DNA of 64,000 bases from the human T2T-CHM13v2.0 reference genome, Homo sapiens. The DNA is taken from the NCBI RefSeq assembly GCF_009914755.1, contig NC_060926.1, one strand, 5' to 3'. The notes beneath the pieces are model-generated. The model did not search any database. It was not told where the DNA came from and saw only the letters and a list, made by a program, of their open reading frames with translations. Shown here one piece after another: positions 1-17,305 of this stretch; within the stretch, counting starts at the first letter, position 1, and each line of letters begins with the position of its first letter. The translations under genes and the position numbers were made by a program.

Positions 1-324
1 TCAGAAAATGTTCTTAAGTGAAGTGCAACATTATCTAAATGGACCCTCTCAATAACCCTGTGAGTTTGGCTGATAAAGGCAATAGCACATTGAAGTATAA
101 TAGTACAATGAAGGAAACAAACCCAGGGCAACTGAGGGTGCTGCTCTGTCCAGAAGTGTTACTGATTGGGAGGGTAGAAGGTCAGAGTCCTGGTCTGGCT
201 GGTGGACCAAGTTGAGCTCTTTGCTGGGATTGTCTCTAGTCCTGGGCCAGTCCTGCCGTTTATCCACTGGACTGTTCCTCTCACCCAAGCTGGCTTTTAT
301 TTGTTATTTTTCTGTTTTCCCCCA

Positions 325-715
325 CATCTTAGTTTTCTGCTGTTATAACTGAATACATGAGACTGGGTAATTTATAAACAATAGAAGCTTATTTAGCTTA
401 AGGTTCTGGAGGCTGGGAAGTCCAAGAATGAGGGGCTGCTTCTTGTAAGGGCTTTCTTGCTGCATCATAACCTGGAGGAAGACATCACCTGGTGAACATA
501 TGAGATCAGGAGAGGAAATCAGGCAAAACTCATCTTTTTTATCAGGACCCCACTCCTGAGATAACTAACCCACTCCCTCAAAAATGGCATTAATCCATTT
601 GTGAAGGTGGAGCTCTTATGACCTAATCGCCTCTTAAAGGTCCTATTTTTGAATACTGTCACAATGGCCATTACATTTCAACATGAGTTTTGGAGGACAC
701 ATTCAAACCATAGCA
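325..715. mobile_element. MaLR solo LTR (MST/MLT1A-like)
   Basis: Starts (ca)tcttagtt, contains gactgggtaatttataaacaatagaa...ggttctggaggctgggaagtccaag, ends caaaccatagca; 5-bp TSD CCCCA at 320-324 and 716-720. Confidence 0.85.
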
Positions 716-1544
716 CCCCAACATTCATTAATCGTCACAATAAGAACATTATAAAGTGTAAGGAGAAGCAGATCTCCCACAATACCTCTCCCTAGGACAG
801 TTGTTTGGTTTTATTTCCTGCTATTATCCACACAGATCCATAGTGACAAAAATAATGTAATTGCCATTGAGTTCTTTTTCACATAATAGGATGTGCTTGT
901 TCATGTTCTCACATAGACCCCCATGAATCATTTCAGTGAACCCATATCATCCATCAAGGTCATGTGCCATCACTTACCTATCAATTCTCCTTTTGGTCAC
1001 TGTGGAGGTTTTCAGAGTTTCAGTATCACAAATAACATTGTAGTGAGCGTCTTTGTATAAATAGATTTTTTTGCTTCCTTTCAAAGGTTTCTTTAGGATA
1101 CATTTCCAACAGCGGGATTAATGTGTCAAAGGGTATGAATATCTTCATGGATCCATATATATATTGTCAAATTGCTTTCCAGCAGAGTGTAGCAATTTAT
1201 ATACCTGACATGAATAAATGAATGTAGCAGGCTGGCAAAATATTGCCAGCATTGGATGTTATTATTTTATTTTCAAACTTCTTTTGGTGGTTTAATAAGT
1301 ATAAAATGATACCAATTACACATAGGTAACATGCCTAACAATGTGCTTGGCACTAGTTGTTTTTGCTAATGTTTCCCTGCAGCTTATGATACCTGTCCTG
1401 ATCCTTGGACTACACCCTAGACTTTCTGTGTGTCTTACATGGCTCCCAGCCTGACCTTGATTGCCATCAATCTCCAGTGAGCACTTGGCCTTGGCTTGAC
1501 CCAGTTTAATGATGACATTGAGTGTCTAGATTTAGCCCACAAAT

Positions 1545-1840
1545 AAGTAGCATCGTGGGTTAAAGGATGCCCATATTTATCTCGTGGCTCCCCAGTTTAT
1601 AAGCTGTGTCACCTTTGGTAAATTACTTCATTTCTCTAAACCTGGGATTAATTGAGATTGTGTATGTTAAGCAAGTAACACTGTGCCTGATACACAGTAA
1701 GTCATGTTAGTCTTAATAATAGTAATAGTAATAATAATAATCTATTTTAATAACTCACAACCTTTGAGATAGGTGCTGACATTATCCTCATTTTAAAGGT
1801 GGACAACTGAGGCTCCAAGAGGTTAAGCACTTTGCCTAGT
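1545..1840. mobile_element. MIR fragments
   Basis: MIR core-like ctgtgtcacctttggtaaattacttcatttctct and, in opposite orientation, attatcctcattttaaaggtggacaactgaggctc. Confidence 0.6.
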
Positions 1841-1914
1841 ATGTGCAGTCTAATGCAGTGTGACTTCTGCCCTCTGCCCCCAGTTTTGCTGCATGGGTGA
1901 GTGGTCCCAGTGAG

Positions 1915-2258
1915 TAGCAGGTGTATTCATGAAAACCATTTCTGTACCAGGACAGCCAGCGCTAACTTACCTATACACGAAAGTGACTACAGATTGCATA
2001 CATATAGCCCTCCAAACTCAAACTAAAAATGAATCCTTATCTAGATTCCCAAAATGCTAGCAGCCACTCCAGTACTCTGCAGTCTGAGGGGAAGTAAGCT
2101 GGAGGAAAAGTTACAATGGAAAGAGAGGTGAGTCATAACCAATTGTGGTTAAAATGTCTTGCTGCTAAAAAACTTACAAAAACCTATGATCATGTGAACT
2201 TATTTCTTGGGGCCCTGAAGCTGGAGCCTCATTAGCTTCATGGTAAACTGGACACTGG
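1915..2258. mobile_element. Possible hAT-type DNA transposon remnant
   Basis: Right end gaagctggagcctcattagcttcatggtaaactggacactgg resembles a hAT-Tip100-like terminus; recall only. Confidence 0.3.
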
Positions 2259-3259
2259 CCTGAACTCATGACTAGCAGTCAACCAGGAATGGGATGGCTT
2301 AGTTACTTTTGATTGCTTGTTGCTTTTTTTCTGAATTAAAACTTCGTTATTAGCATAGTTCAGTCTGAGAGTTACTGCCAGGGTGGAATTACTCTAATTA
2401 AGAGGAAAAGAAAAATATGTTGCTAGTCATTAATTTTTCTTGATTAGAGGGTGACCCAGTTTGAGGTTAAACGAAGAGGACTGAGGTAGTAATTTAGCAC
2501 TCTGGGAGGTTTGCGGAGATTTTTGTGAGCTGAGAAGCAACAGCTGGATCCTGGGATTGCCACCTGATTTGAATTCGTAACTAGTTGTAAAAAGATGTGT
2601 AAGAAATCTTCAGGAATGTCGTGCTCATTTTTAAAATGAACGAAAACAACGATGGGATCGGGGCACATCGGAGCACAGCACTATAATTTAAATGCTACCA
2701 GTGCTGCATCTGTGTCTCAATAAATGTATGAAAGCTTTTTCTGTCTTAAATGTGAAAATATTATATTATGTAGATTTGAGGATCCTGGCTTTGACTTGTC
2801 AAATTCTGGGGTAGCAAGAAACTTTACCTTTGGCATATGCCCGTAACACTGAATATCTATTAAAATAGGTACAATATTTCACTCACTTAAGTACACATTA
2901 TTTGAGGTTTCTGTGATGAAAGCAAAGCACCCTTTAGTGCAAAGAGCACAGACTTGGAGCCAGAAGACCAGAATGTGAGTCCTGCCTTTGCTAGCCCAGT
3001 GACTTTGAGGTAATCTTTTTGAGCCTCTGAACTAGTTTCCATATCGTAAATTGTAAGTATCATCACTCATATATTATACACCTAGTTTAATAAAACATAT
3101 GGAAAAGTAAAGTGATACACAAATGTTATTATGATATCATTGAGTTCTCATATCACTGTTAAGTTGGGACTTTAGATAGTATCTTTGAGAAGGGCAGGGG
3201 AGGAAAGAGTGAAAACCTTGGAAAACCTTGGGTTGGCTTCAAGGTTATAGGGGACCATT

Positions 3260-3551
3260 CTTTTTTTTTTTTTTTTGAGATGGAGTTTCACTCTTGTTAC
3301 CCAGGCTGGAGTGCAATGGTGCAATCTCGGCTCACCACAGCCTCCATCTGCCTCGTGGGTTCAAGTGATTCTCCTGCCTCAGCCTCCTGAGTACAGGCAT
3401 GTGCCCCACGCCCAGCTAATTTTGTATTTTTAGTAGAGACGGGGTTTCTCCATATTGGTCAGGCTGGTCTCGAACTCCCGACCTCAGGTGATCTGCCTGC
3501 CTTGGCCACCCAAAGTTCTGGAATTACAAGCATGAGCCACCACACATGACC
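3260..3551 (-). mobile_element. Alu (AluSp-like)
   Basis: Poly-T then gagatggagtttcactcttgtt...ctccatattggtcaggctggtctcgaactcccgacctcagg; sits in the tail region of the old L1. Confidence 0.92.
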
Positions 3552-4026
3552 TTTTTTTTTTAAAGAAAAGTTTTATTGAAATATAATTGACAAAAATATA
3601 TATTCAAGGTGTACAATATAATGTTTTGATATACATATATACTGTGAAATGATATTCATAATGAAGCTAATTGACATATTCATATACTTAAGATCTACTG
3701 CCTTAGGGAATTTCAAGTATTTAATACAGTATTATTAACTATAGTCGCCATGCTGTACATTAGGTATCCAGAAGTTACTCAGCTCATAACTGCAACTTTC
3801 TACCCTTTGACAAACATTTCCCTTACCCTGCAACCCTTGGTAACAACCATTCTATTCTCTGCCTCTATGGGTCAACTTTTTTAGATTCCACATATAAGTG
3901 AGATCATGCAATATTTGTCTTTCTGTGTTTGGCTTATTTCACTTAGCATAATGTCCTCCAGGTTTATACATATTGTCACAAATGGCAAGATTTACTTCTT
4001 TTGAAAGGCTGAATCGTATTTTGTTT

Positions 4027-4148
4027 ATAATATATATATTATATATACATGTATATGTATGTGTGCATATGTATGTATACACATATGTATGTATATGTAT
4101 ATGTATGTATGGATGAATACAGAATATATATATATATATATATATATA
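4027..4148. repeat. (TA)n/(TATG)n microsatellite
   Basis: Directly visible alternating TA and TATG tract. Confidence 0.9.
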
Positions 4149-4451
4149 GCAATTTCTGTATTCATCCATTCATTGACGAACAATTAGGTTGTTTCCATAT
4201 CTTATAATGCTGCAGCAAATATGGGAGTGCAGTTATCCCCTCGACATACTATTTCATTTGCTTTGGATATCATACCCAGAAGTGAAATTGATGGATTATA
4301 TGATAGTACTATTTTTAATTTTTTGAGGAACATTCTTACTGTTTTCCATAGTGGCTGCACCAATTTACATTCTCACGAACAGTGCACAGGGGTTCTCTTT
4401 TCTCTATATCATCACCAATACTTGTTATCTTTTGACTTTTTGATAATAGCT

Positions 4452-5113
4452 CTTCTTTTTATTATATATTTTTTTTTATTTTTCATTTTTGTGGATATGT
4501 AGTAGGTATATACGTTTGTGGGGTACATGAGATGTTCTGATACAGGCATGCCATGCATAATAGTTACATTATGAAAAATGGAGTATCCATCCCCTCAAGT
4601 ATTTACCAAGTTGTATAGTTTGTATCCCCTTTGTGTTACAAACAATCCAATTACACTTTTATTTAAAAATATACAATTAAATTATTACTGTCGATAGTCA
4701 CCATCTTGTGCTATCAAGTACTAGGTCTTATTCATTCTTCCTATATTTTTTGTACCCTTTAACCATACCCACCTCTTTCCCACTTCCCACTACCCTTCTC
4801 AGCCTCTGGTAACCATCCTTCTATCTTCTGTCTTCATGAGTGACATCAGTTGTTTTGATTTTTAGATCCTACAAATAAGTGAGATCATGCGATGTTTGTC
4901 TTTTGGTGCCTGGCTTATTTCACTTAGCCTAATGACCTCCAGTTTCATCCATGTTGTTGCAAATGATAGGATCACATTCTTTTTTATGGCTGAATAGTAC
5001 TCCACTGTGCATATGTACCATGTTTTCTTTATTCATTCATCTGTTAGGTTGCTTCCAAATCTTGGCTATTATGAATAGTGCTGCAATAAAGATGGTAGTG
5101 CAGATATCTCTTC
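4452..5113 (-). mobile_element. 5'-truncated L1 3' end (L1MA-like) nested in the older L1
   Basis: Second L1 3'UTR flanked by a perfect 13-bp TSD tttgataatagct (4439-4451, 5114-5126). Confidence 0.88.
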
Positions 5114-7012
5114 TTTGATAATAGCTATTTTAATGGGTGTGAGGTGATATAGTTTTAACTTGCATTTCCCTGATGAGTGGTGATGTCGAACATTTTTTCA
5201 TATATTTGTTGGCTGTTTGTATATCCTCTTTGAAAAATGTCCATTTGGATCCTTTGCCCTTTTAAAAATTGGTTTATTTACTTATTTTTGCTCTTGAGTT
5301 GTGAGTTCCTTATGTATTTTGGATATTAAGCCCTTATTGGATATACAGTCTGCAAGTATTTTCTCCCATTTCATGAGGTGCTTCTCATTTGGTTGATGGT
5401 TTCCTTTGCTGTGCAGAAATATTGTAGTTTGATGTAGTCTCCTGTGTTTATTTTTGCTTTTGTTGTTTGTACTTTTGGTGTCATATCCAAAAATATCATT
5501 GCCAAGACCAATATCATGAAGCTTTTTTCACTTTTGTTTTCTTCTAGAAGTTTTGTAGTTTTAGGTATTATGTTTAAATCTTTAATTCATTTCAAGTTGA
5601 TTTTTGTGTATAGTATAAGGACCCAATTTCCCTTTTTTTGGCATGTGAATATTCAGTTTCCCAACACTATTTATTGAAGAGACTATCCTTTCCCTGTTGT
5701 GTATTCATGGTACCTTTGTCAAAGATTAGAACACTGGGTGTGAATGGGTTTATTTCTGTCCCATTGGTTTATGTTAGTATCATATTGTTTTGATTACTAT
5801 AGATTTGTAATATAATTTAAAATAAGGAAGTATGATGCCTCAAATTGCTTTAGCTATTAAGTGTCTTTTGTTAGTTCCAAATGAACTTCATGATTGGTTT
5901 TCTGTTTCTGTGCAAAACACCGCAGAAATTTTGATCTGTAGATTGCTTTGGGTAGTATGGACTTTTTGACAATATTGATTCTTCCAATCTACAAACATAG
6001 AATACCTTTCCATTTCTTTGTGTCTTCTTCAATTTCTTTCCTCAATGTTTTTCTTTATAGTTTTCATGTACAGATCTGTCACGTGCTTGTTTAAATTTTT
6101 TTTCCCAGGAATTTAATTTTTTGATGCTATTATAAGTGAGACTATTTCCTTAATTTCTTTTTTGGATTGTTTGTTTTTAATGTATTGAAATGCAACTGGT
6201 TTTAGTACGTTGGTTTTATACTTTGCAAGTTTACTGAATTCATTTATTTAAATTGTTTTTTGGTGGAGTCTTTAGGGTTTTATATATATAAAAGATCGTG
6301 CCATATGTAAACAGAGACAGTTTTACTTTTTCCTTTCCAATTTGGGTCTTTTATTCCTTTTTCTTGCCTAATTGCTCTGGCTAGGAGTTCTAGCACTACA
6401 CTGAGTAGAAATGGCAAGAGTGTGCATTCTTGTTATGTTCCTGATCTTAGAGGAAAAGCTTCCAACTTTTTATTATTGAATATAACGTTAGCTATGGGCT
6501 TGTCTTATATGACCTTTATTGTGTTGAGGTACATTGCTTCTATAACTAGTTTGTTGAGAATTCTTATCATGAAAGGATTTTGAATTTTGTCAAGTGCTTT
6601 TTCTGTATCTATTGAGGTGATTGTATCATTTTCATTCTTCATTCTGTTCATGTAGTATATCACATATTTTGATTGGCATATATAGAATTATCCTTTCATC
6701 TCACCTGGTGATTTTGAATGATCCTTTTAGTGTGCTGTTAAATTCAGTTTGCTAGTATTTTGTTTAGAACTTTTGCATCTATTTTCCTCAGGGATATTGA
6801 CCTGTAATTTTATTATTATTTTTAGTGTCCATATCTGGATCTGGTATTAGAGTAATCTGGTCTCCAAAATGAGTCTGCAAGTATTCCATGCTCTTCAGTT
6901 TTTTGACAGAGTTAGAGAGGTTGATATTAATTCTTTAAATGTTTAGTAGAATTAATCAGTGAAGCCATCAGGTCCTGGGCTTTTCTTTCTTTGCTTAAAA
7001 ATTTTAAAAAAA

Positions 7013-7535
<523 letters not shown>

Positions 7536-8056
7536 GATTTTCTTTGATGGAAAATTTTTGAATACTGATTCAGTCTCCTTGCTCATTATTGTTCTGTTCA
7601 GATTTTCTCTTTCTCCATGATTCAGTCTTGGTAGTTTGTGTATTTCTAGGAGCTGATCTCTTTTTTTCTAAGTTATCCAATTTGTAGATATATAAGCATT
7701 CATAGTAGTCTCTTATGATCCTTTGCACTTCTGTGCTATCAGTTACAATGCTACCTCTTTCATTTCTGATTTTATTTGAGTCTTCTCTATTTTTTCTTAG
7801 TCTTGCTAAAGATTTGTCAATTTTATTTATCTTTAAAAAACTCTCAGTTTCATTGATCTTTTCTATTGTTTTTTACTCTCTATTTTATTTATTTTTGCTG
7901 TGATCTTTGTTATTTTCTCCCTTCTACTAACTTTGGGCTTAGTTCTTTTTTTTTTTAGTTCATTGAGCATAACATTATTAGGTTGTTTGAGATCTTTACT
8001 CTTTTTAATGCAGGCATTTTCACTATAAATTTCCTTTGTAGAACTTTTTTTGCTGG

Positions 8057-8170
8057 GGGCATGGTGATATGTGTCTGTAGTCTCAGCTACTCAGGAGACT
8101 GAGACAGGAGGGTTGCTGGAGCCCAGGAGTTCAAGTACAGCTTGCACAACATAGTGAAACCCAGTATCTA
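8057..8170 (+). mobile_element. Alu monomer (FLAM_A/FAM-like)
   Basis: gtagtctcagctactcaggagactgag...gcccaggagttcaag...aacatagtgaaaccc; imperfect direct repeats agaactttttttgctgg / agaactgttttgctgg flank it. Confidence 0.75.
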
Positions 8171-10212
8171 ATTTTTTTACAAGTCCTCTTTAGGAAAAAA
8201 GCCTGGAGAACTGTTTTGCTGGATCACATAAGTTTTAGTATGTTGTGTCTCCATTTTTATTTGTCTCAGGATACTTTTAAATTTCCCTTTTGATTTCTTC
8301 TTTGACCCATTGGTTGTTCAGGAGTATGTTAATTTCCACATATTGGTGAATTTTCCAGGTTTTCTCCTGTTAATGATTTCTAGTTTCATATAATTGTGGT
8401 CAGAAAAGATACTTGATATAATTTAAATCTAAAACATGTTTGGACTTGTTTTGTGGCCTAGCAAATAATCTATCCTGGAGAATATTCATGTGTACTTTAG
8501 AAGAATGTGCATTTTGCTGCTGTTGGATGGAACGCTTTGTATATGTCTGTTCCATCCATTTTATCTATAGTGTTGTTCACATCCTGTATTTCCTTATTGA
8601 TTTTTTGTCCAGATGATTCATTGATTGTTGAAAATGGGATACTGTACTTCCCTACAATTATTGTATTGCTGCTTATCTCTCCCTTCCTATCTATTAATAT
8701 TTGCTTCAGCTAGTTAGGTGCTGCAATGTTGAATGCATATATATTTCCAATTGTTATGTCCTCTTGATGAATTGACTCCTTTATAATTATATAATGACCT
8801 TCCTTGTCTCTTTTTCGTTTTTGAATTAGTCAAGTTTGTGTAAGTATAGCTACCTCTGCCCTCTTTTGGTTTTCTTTGCATAAAGTATCATTTTTCATTC
8901 CTTTACTTTCAGTGTATGTATGTCCTTAAAGCTGAAGTGAGTCTTTTGTAGGCAGCATATAATTGTATTTTTTATATATATATATTTAACAATTCAGCCA
9001 CTCTATGTCTTTTGATTGGATAATTTAATTCATTTACTTTAAAAGTAACTATTGATAGGTAATAACTTATTGTTGCCATTAAAAACTGTTTTCTGGCAGT
9101 TGTATAGATCTTTTGTTCCTTCCATCTTCTCTTATCGTATTCTGTTGTGATTTGATGATTTTCTGCACTGTTATGCTTTGATTCCATGTACTGGTATGTT
9201 TTGATTTCTTTTTTTTTCTCTTTTGTGTATCTACTGGATTTAGCTTCGTGGTAACCATGAGACTGACATATAATACCTTATAGTTATAACTGTATTTTAA
9301 GCCGATAACAACTCAACTTTGATTGATAGAACTCTACACTTTCACTCCCCTTTTCCATATTTTATGTTTTTTATGTCACAATTTACTCTTTTTACATAAT
9401 CTGTCAAATAGAAAATTATTGTCACTATAATAATTTTCAATAGTTTTGCTTTTAACTTTTATATTGGAGACATAAATGATTTACATACCACTATTACAGT
9501 ATCTGAGTATTCTAAATTTTACTAAATATTTACTTTTACCAGTTAATTTAATACTTTTATATGTTTTTATGAAACATATTATATATATTTCATAAACATA
9601 TGCTACTAACTAGCATGCTTTTGTTTCAGCTTGAAAAATTTCCTTAGTATTTCTTGTAAGGCATGTCTAGTGGTGATGAACTCCTTTAGTTTTTGCTTGT
9701 CTGGGAAAGTCTATTTCTCCTTCATTTCTGAAGGATAGTTTTGCTAGATAAAGTATTCTTTGTTGGCAGATTTTTTTTTTCTTTCAGGGCTTAAATTGAA
9801 AATATCATTCCAGTTTTTCCTGGCCTGCAAAGTTTCTGCTAAGAAGTCTGCTAGTAGCCTTATGGAGGATCCTTTATATGTGAGGAATTTCTTTTCTCTT
9901 GCTGTTTTCAAGATTCTGTTTGTCTTTGATGTTTGACAATTTGGTTGTAATATGCCTTGGTGAAGTCTTCTTTGGGTTGGACATTATTGGAGACCTTTGA
10001 GCTTTGTATACCTGGATGTTAATATTTTTCTTCAGGGGGAGTTTTCATCCATTATTTTTTAAAATAAGCTTTCTTTTTTTTTCTCTGTCTCTTCTCTTTC
10101 TAAAATTCCTATAGTGCAATGTTAGCTCTCTATGGTGTCTCATACATTCTGCAGGCTTTCTTCTTTCCTTTTGGTTCTTTTTTCTTTTTTATCCTCTGAA
10201 TGAACATTTTAA

Positions 10213-10580
<368 letters not shown>

Positions 10581-11269
10581 ACCCTATTTTTTGTTTTATT
10601 CATTGTATGCTTTAGCTCCTGAATTTCTATTTGGTTCTTTTTAATTATTTTTTAAAAATCTCTGTTGAACTTCTAGTTTTGTTCATGTATTGTTTTCCTG
10701 ATTTTTTTTGACGTTGTCTGTCAGTGTTTTCTTGTAGCTTGCTGAACTTTCCTAAAGCAATTAGTTTGAATTCTTTGTGTATTTCTGTTTCTTTGGTGTT
10801 GGTTACTGGAAAATTATTGTGTTTCTTTGGTGGTGACATGTTTCCTTAGTTTTTCATAGCTTGTTGCCTTGCATTGATGTCTGTGCATTTGATGAAGCAG
10901 TCACCTCTTCCAGATACTACGGACTAGTTTCAGTGGGGAAAGAACTTCACCAATGGGTGAATAGGAGAGCACTGGCTGGGTGGGTTTCCACTCCATATAG
11001 GTAGAGTGGCATAGTGTTCATGCAGCTCTGTCAGATGAAGTTGTGTTTGGCAAAGAGTCCAAAGACCCTCAGTGGCCAAGGCTGTGGTGGGTATCCACAG
11101 CTATAGTGAGGGTTATTGGGGTCTCCAGCATTAAAGGCTGCTGTAGATTTTTTGGTATATTTTTCTCACATTGGGAAAGTTGTGGCTGAGGGGATCCCTC
11201 TTGGCATTGAGCCTGGCTCATGGTGGGCTCATGGTATGGGAGCCCATGGTACTGGCATCTGAAGCTCTG

Positions 11270-11680
11270 TGCCCACAGAGCAGCCACAGAGCCAGAGTCT
11301 GGAGTGTGTGCTCATGTGGAACTGACTGTGGCTCCAGGGTCTGGAGTGTGGGCATGTGCAGAGCTACCACTGCTTCAGAGATCAGGGAAGCAGTTGCTAT
11401 GGTGCTACAGTTGTTGCTATTGCATCTGCAGTGCTGGTGCTCATACAGCAGCTACAGAATCAGGGTCTGGAATGCTGGTACACATGGACTGATAGTGGCT
11501 CCAGGGTCTGAGGCCAGGCTAGCCCACAGTCATGGTGACTCTTGTGTCTGAGCTTCAGGTGTGCATGGTACAGCCATGGATTTGGGGTCTGGAATGCGGG
11601 CATGCATGGTACAGCCATGGATTTGGGGTTTGGAGTGTGGGCATGCATGGACCAACTGCAGTTCTGGGGTCTAAGGTTCA
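11270..11680. repeat. Degenerate ~41-bp tandem array in the old L1 5'UTR
   Basis: Recurrent core gggtctgga(g/a)tg; best two units 11567-11607 and 11608-11648 differ at 3 of 41 positions. Confidence 0.8.
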
Positions 11681-12405
11681 GGCAGGGTTGGGGAGTGGTG
11701 ACCCCAGTTCCAGGGTGGCACAACATGGCTTTTTCTTGGTAGGAGTATGCAGCAGTGTCTCCCTATCCCAGAAGTTCTCAGTGGCGATAGCTCTTGGTTA
11801 CTTCAGTGGTGAAGGCTGCCATTGTCCTTTGCAGAGCAGGCCACTGGGGACCAAGGTGGCACCTGCCATATGGCTGATATTGATAGCCCCTATCCTTCTT
11901 CTTTGTTCCTAGCTATCTCCAGATGTCTCAAGTATGTCTATCACCCCAGCGATTCTTTCTGTGTGGCAATTCTTTATTTTTTGCTCCACTGTGTTTCTGC
12001 AGGTTCTTGTTTGAAACCTTGAGCCCTCCCAGGACTATTTTCACTTGTGGACAGCTGTCTAATTGGTTTTTTTTAGGAGGATTAGGGCTGGTATCTCCTA
12101 CTCTGCCATCTTGCTGACATCCTTCTCAAGGACCATTAATCTTTTTTTTTTGCCTACTTTATTTTATTTTTTATTTTCATTTTTTAAAAATTTTATTATT
12201 ATTATACTTTAAGTTTTAGGGTACATGTGCACAATGTGCAGGTTTGTTACATATGTATACATGTGCCATATTGGTGTGCTGCGCCCATTAACTTGTCATT
12301 TAGCATTAGGTATATCTCCTAATGCTATCCCTCCCCCATCCCTCCACCCCACAATAGTCCCCGGTGCGTGATGTTCCCCTTCCTGTGTCCATGCATTCTC
12401 ATTGT

Positions 12406-16228
<3,823 letters not shown>

Positions 16229-16291
16229 TATGATGTTAGCTTGTTATTTTGCTCGTTAGTTGATCCAGTTTCTTCCTAGCCTTGATGGTCT

Positions 16292-17305
16292 TTACAATTT
16301 GGCATGTTTTTGCAGTGGCTGGTACCGGTTTTTCCTTTCCATGTTTACTGCTTCCTTCAGGAGCTCTTTTAGGGCAGGCCTGGTGGTGACAAAATCTCTC
16401 AGCATTTGCTTGTCTGTAAAGTATTTTATTTCTCCTTCACTTATGAAGCTTAGTTTGGCTGGATATGAAATTCTGGGCTGAAAATTCTTTTCTTTAAGAA
16501 TGTTGAATATTTGTTCCCACTCTCTTCTGGCTTGTAGAGTTTCTGCTGAGAGATCAGCTGTTAGTCTGATGAGCTTCCCTTTGTGGGTAACCCGACCTTT
16601 CTCTCTGACTGCCCTTAACATTTTTTCCTTCATTTCAACTTTGGTGAATCTGACAATTATGTGTCTTGGAGTTGCTCTTCTCGAGGAGTATCTTTATGGC
16701 ATTCTCTGTATTTCCTGAATTTGAATGTTTGCCTGCCTTGCTAGATTGGGGAAGTTCTCCTGGATAATATCCTGCAGCGTGTTTTCCAACTTGGTTCCAT
16801 TCTCCCCGTCACTTTCAGGTACACCAATCAGACGTAGATTTGGTCTTTTCACATAGTCCCATATTTCTTGGAGGCTTTGTTTGTTTCTTTTTATGCTTTT
16901 TTCTCTAAACTTCTCTTCTCGCTTCATTTCATTCATTTCATCTTCCATCACTGATACCCTTTCTTCCAGTTGATTGCATTGGCTACTGAGGCTTCTGCAT
17001 TCGTCACGTAGCTCTTGTTCCTTGGTTTTCAGCTCCATCAGGTTCTTTAAGGACTTCTCTGCATTGATTATTCTAGTTATCCATTCGTCTAATCTTTTTT
17101 CAAAGCTTTTAACTTCTTTGCCATTGGTTCGAATTTCCTCCTGTAGCTCGGAGTAGTTTGATCATCTGAAACCTTCTTCTCTCAACTCGTCAAAGTCATT
17201 CTCCATCCAGCTTTGTTCCATTGCTGGTGAGGAGCTGCATTCCTTTGGAGGAGAGGCGCTCTGATTTTTAGGGTTTCCAGTTTTTCTGCTCTGCTTTTTT
17301 CCCAT
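16292..17305 (-). pseudogene. L1 ORF1p, disrupted
   Basis: ATG at 17305; EIWDYVKRPNLRLIGVPE and YPAKLS motifs; in-frame stops near 17163 and at 16694. Confidence 0.95.

Noticed and set aside
11270-11680. Array resembling CRISPR repeats
   Set aside because: Units are degenerate tandem copies without conserved repeats and unique spacers.
11069-11912. Overlapping 66-126 aa ORFs on both strands
   Set aside because: They result from the GC-rich tandem array in the old L1 5'UTR.
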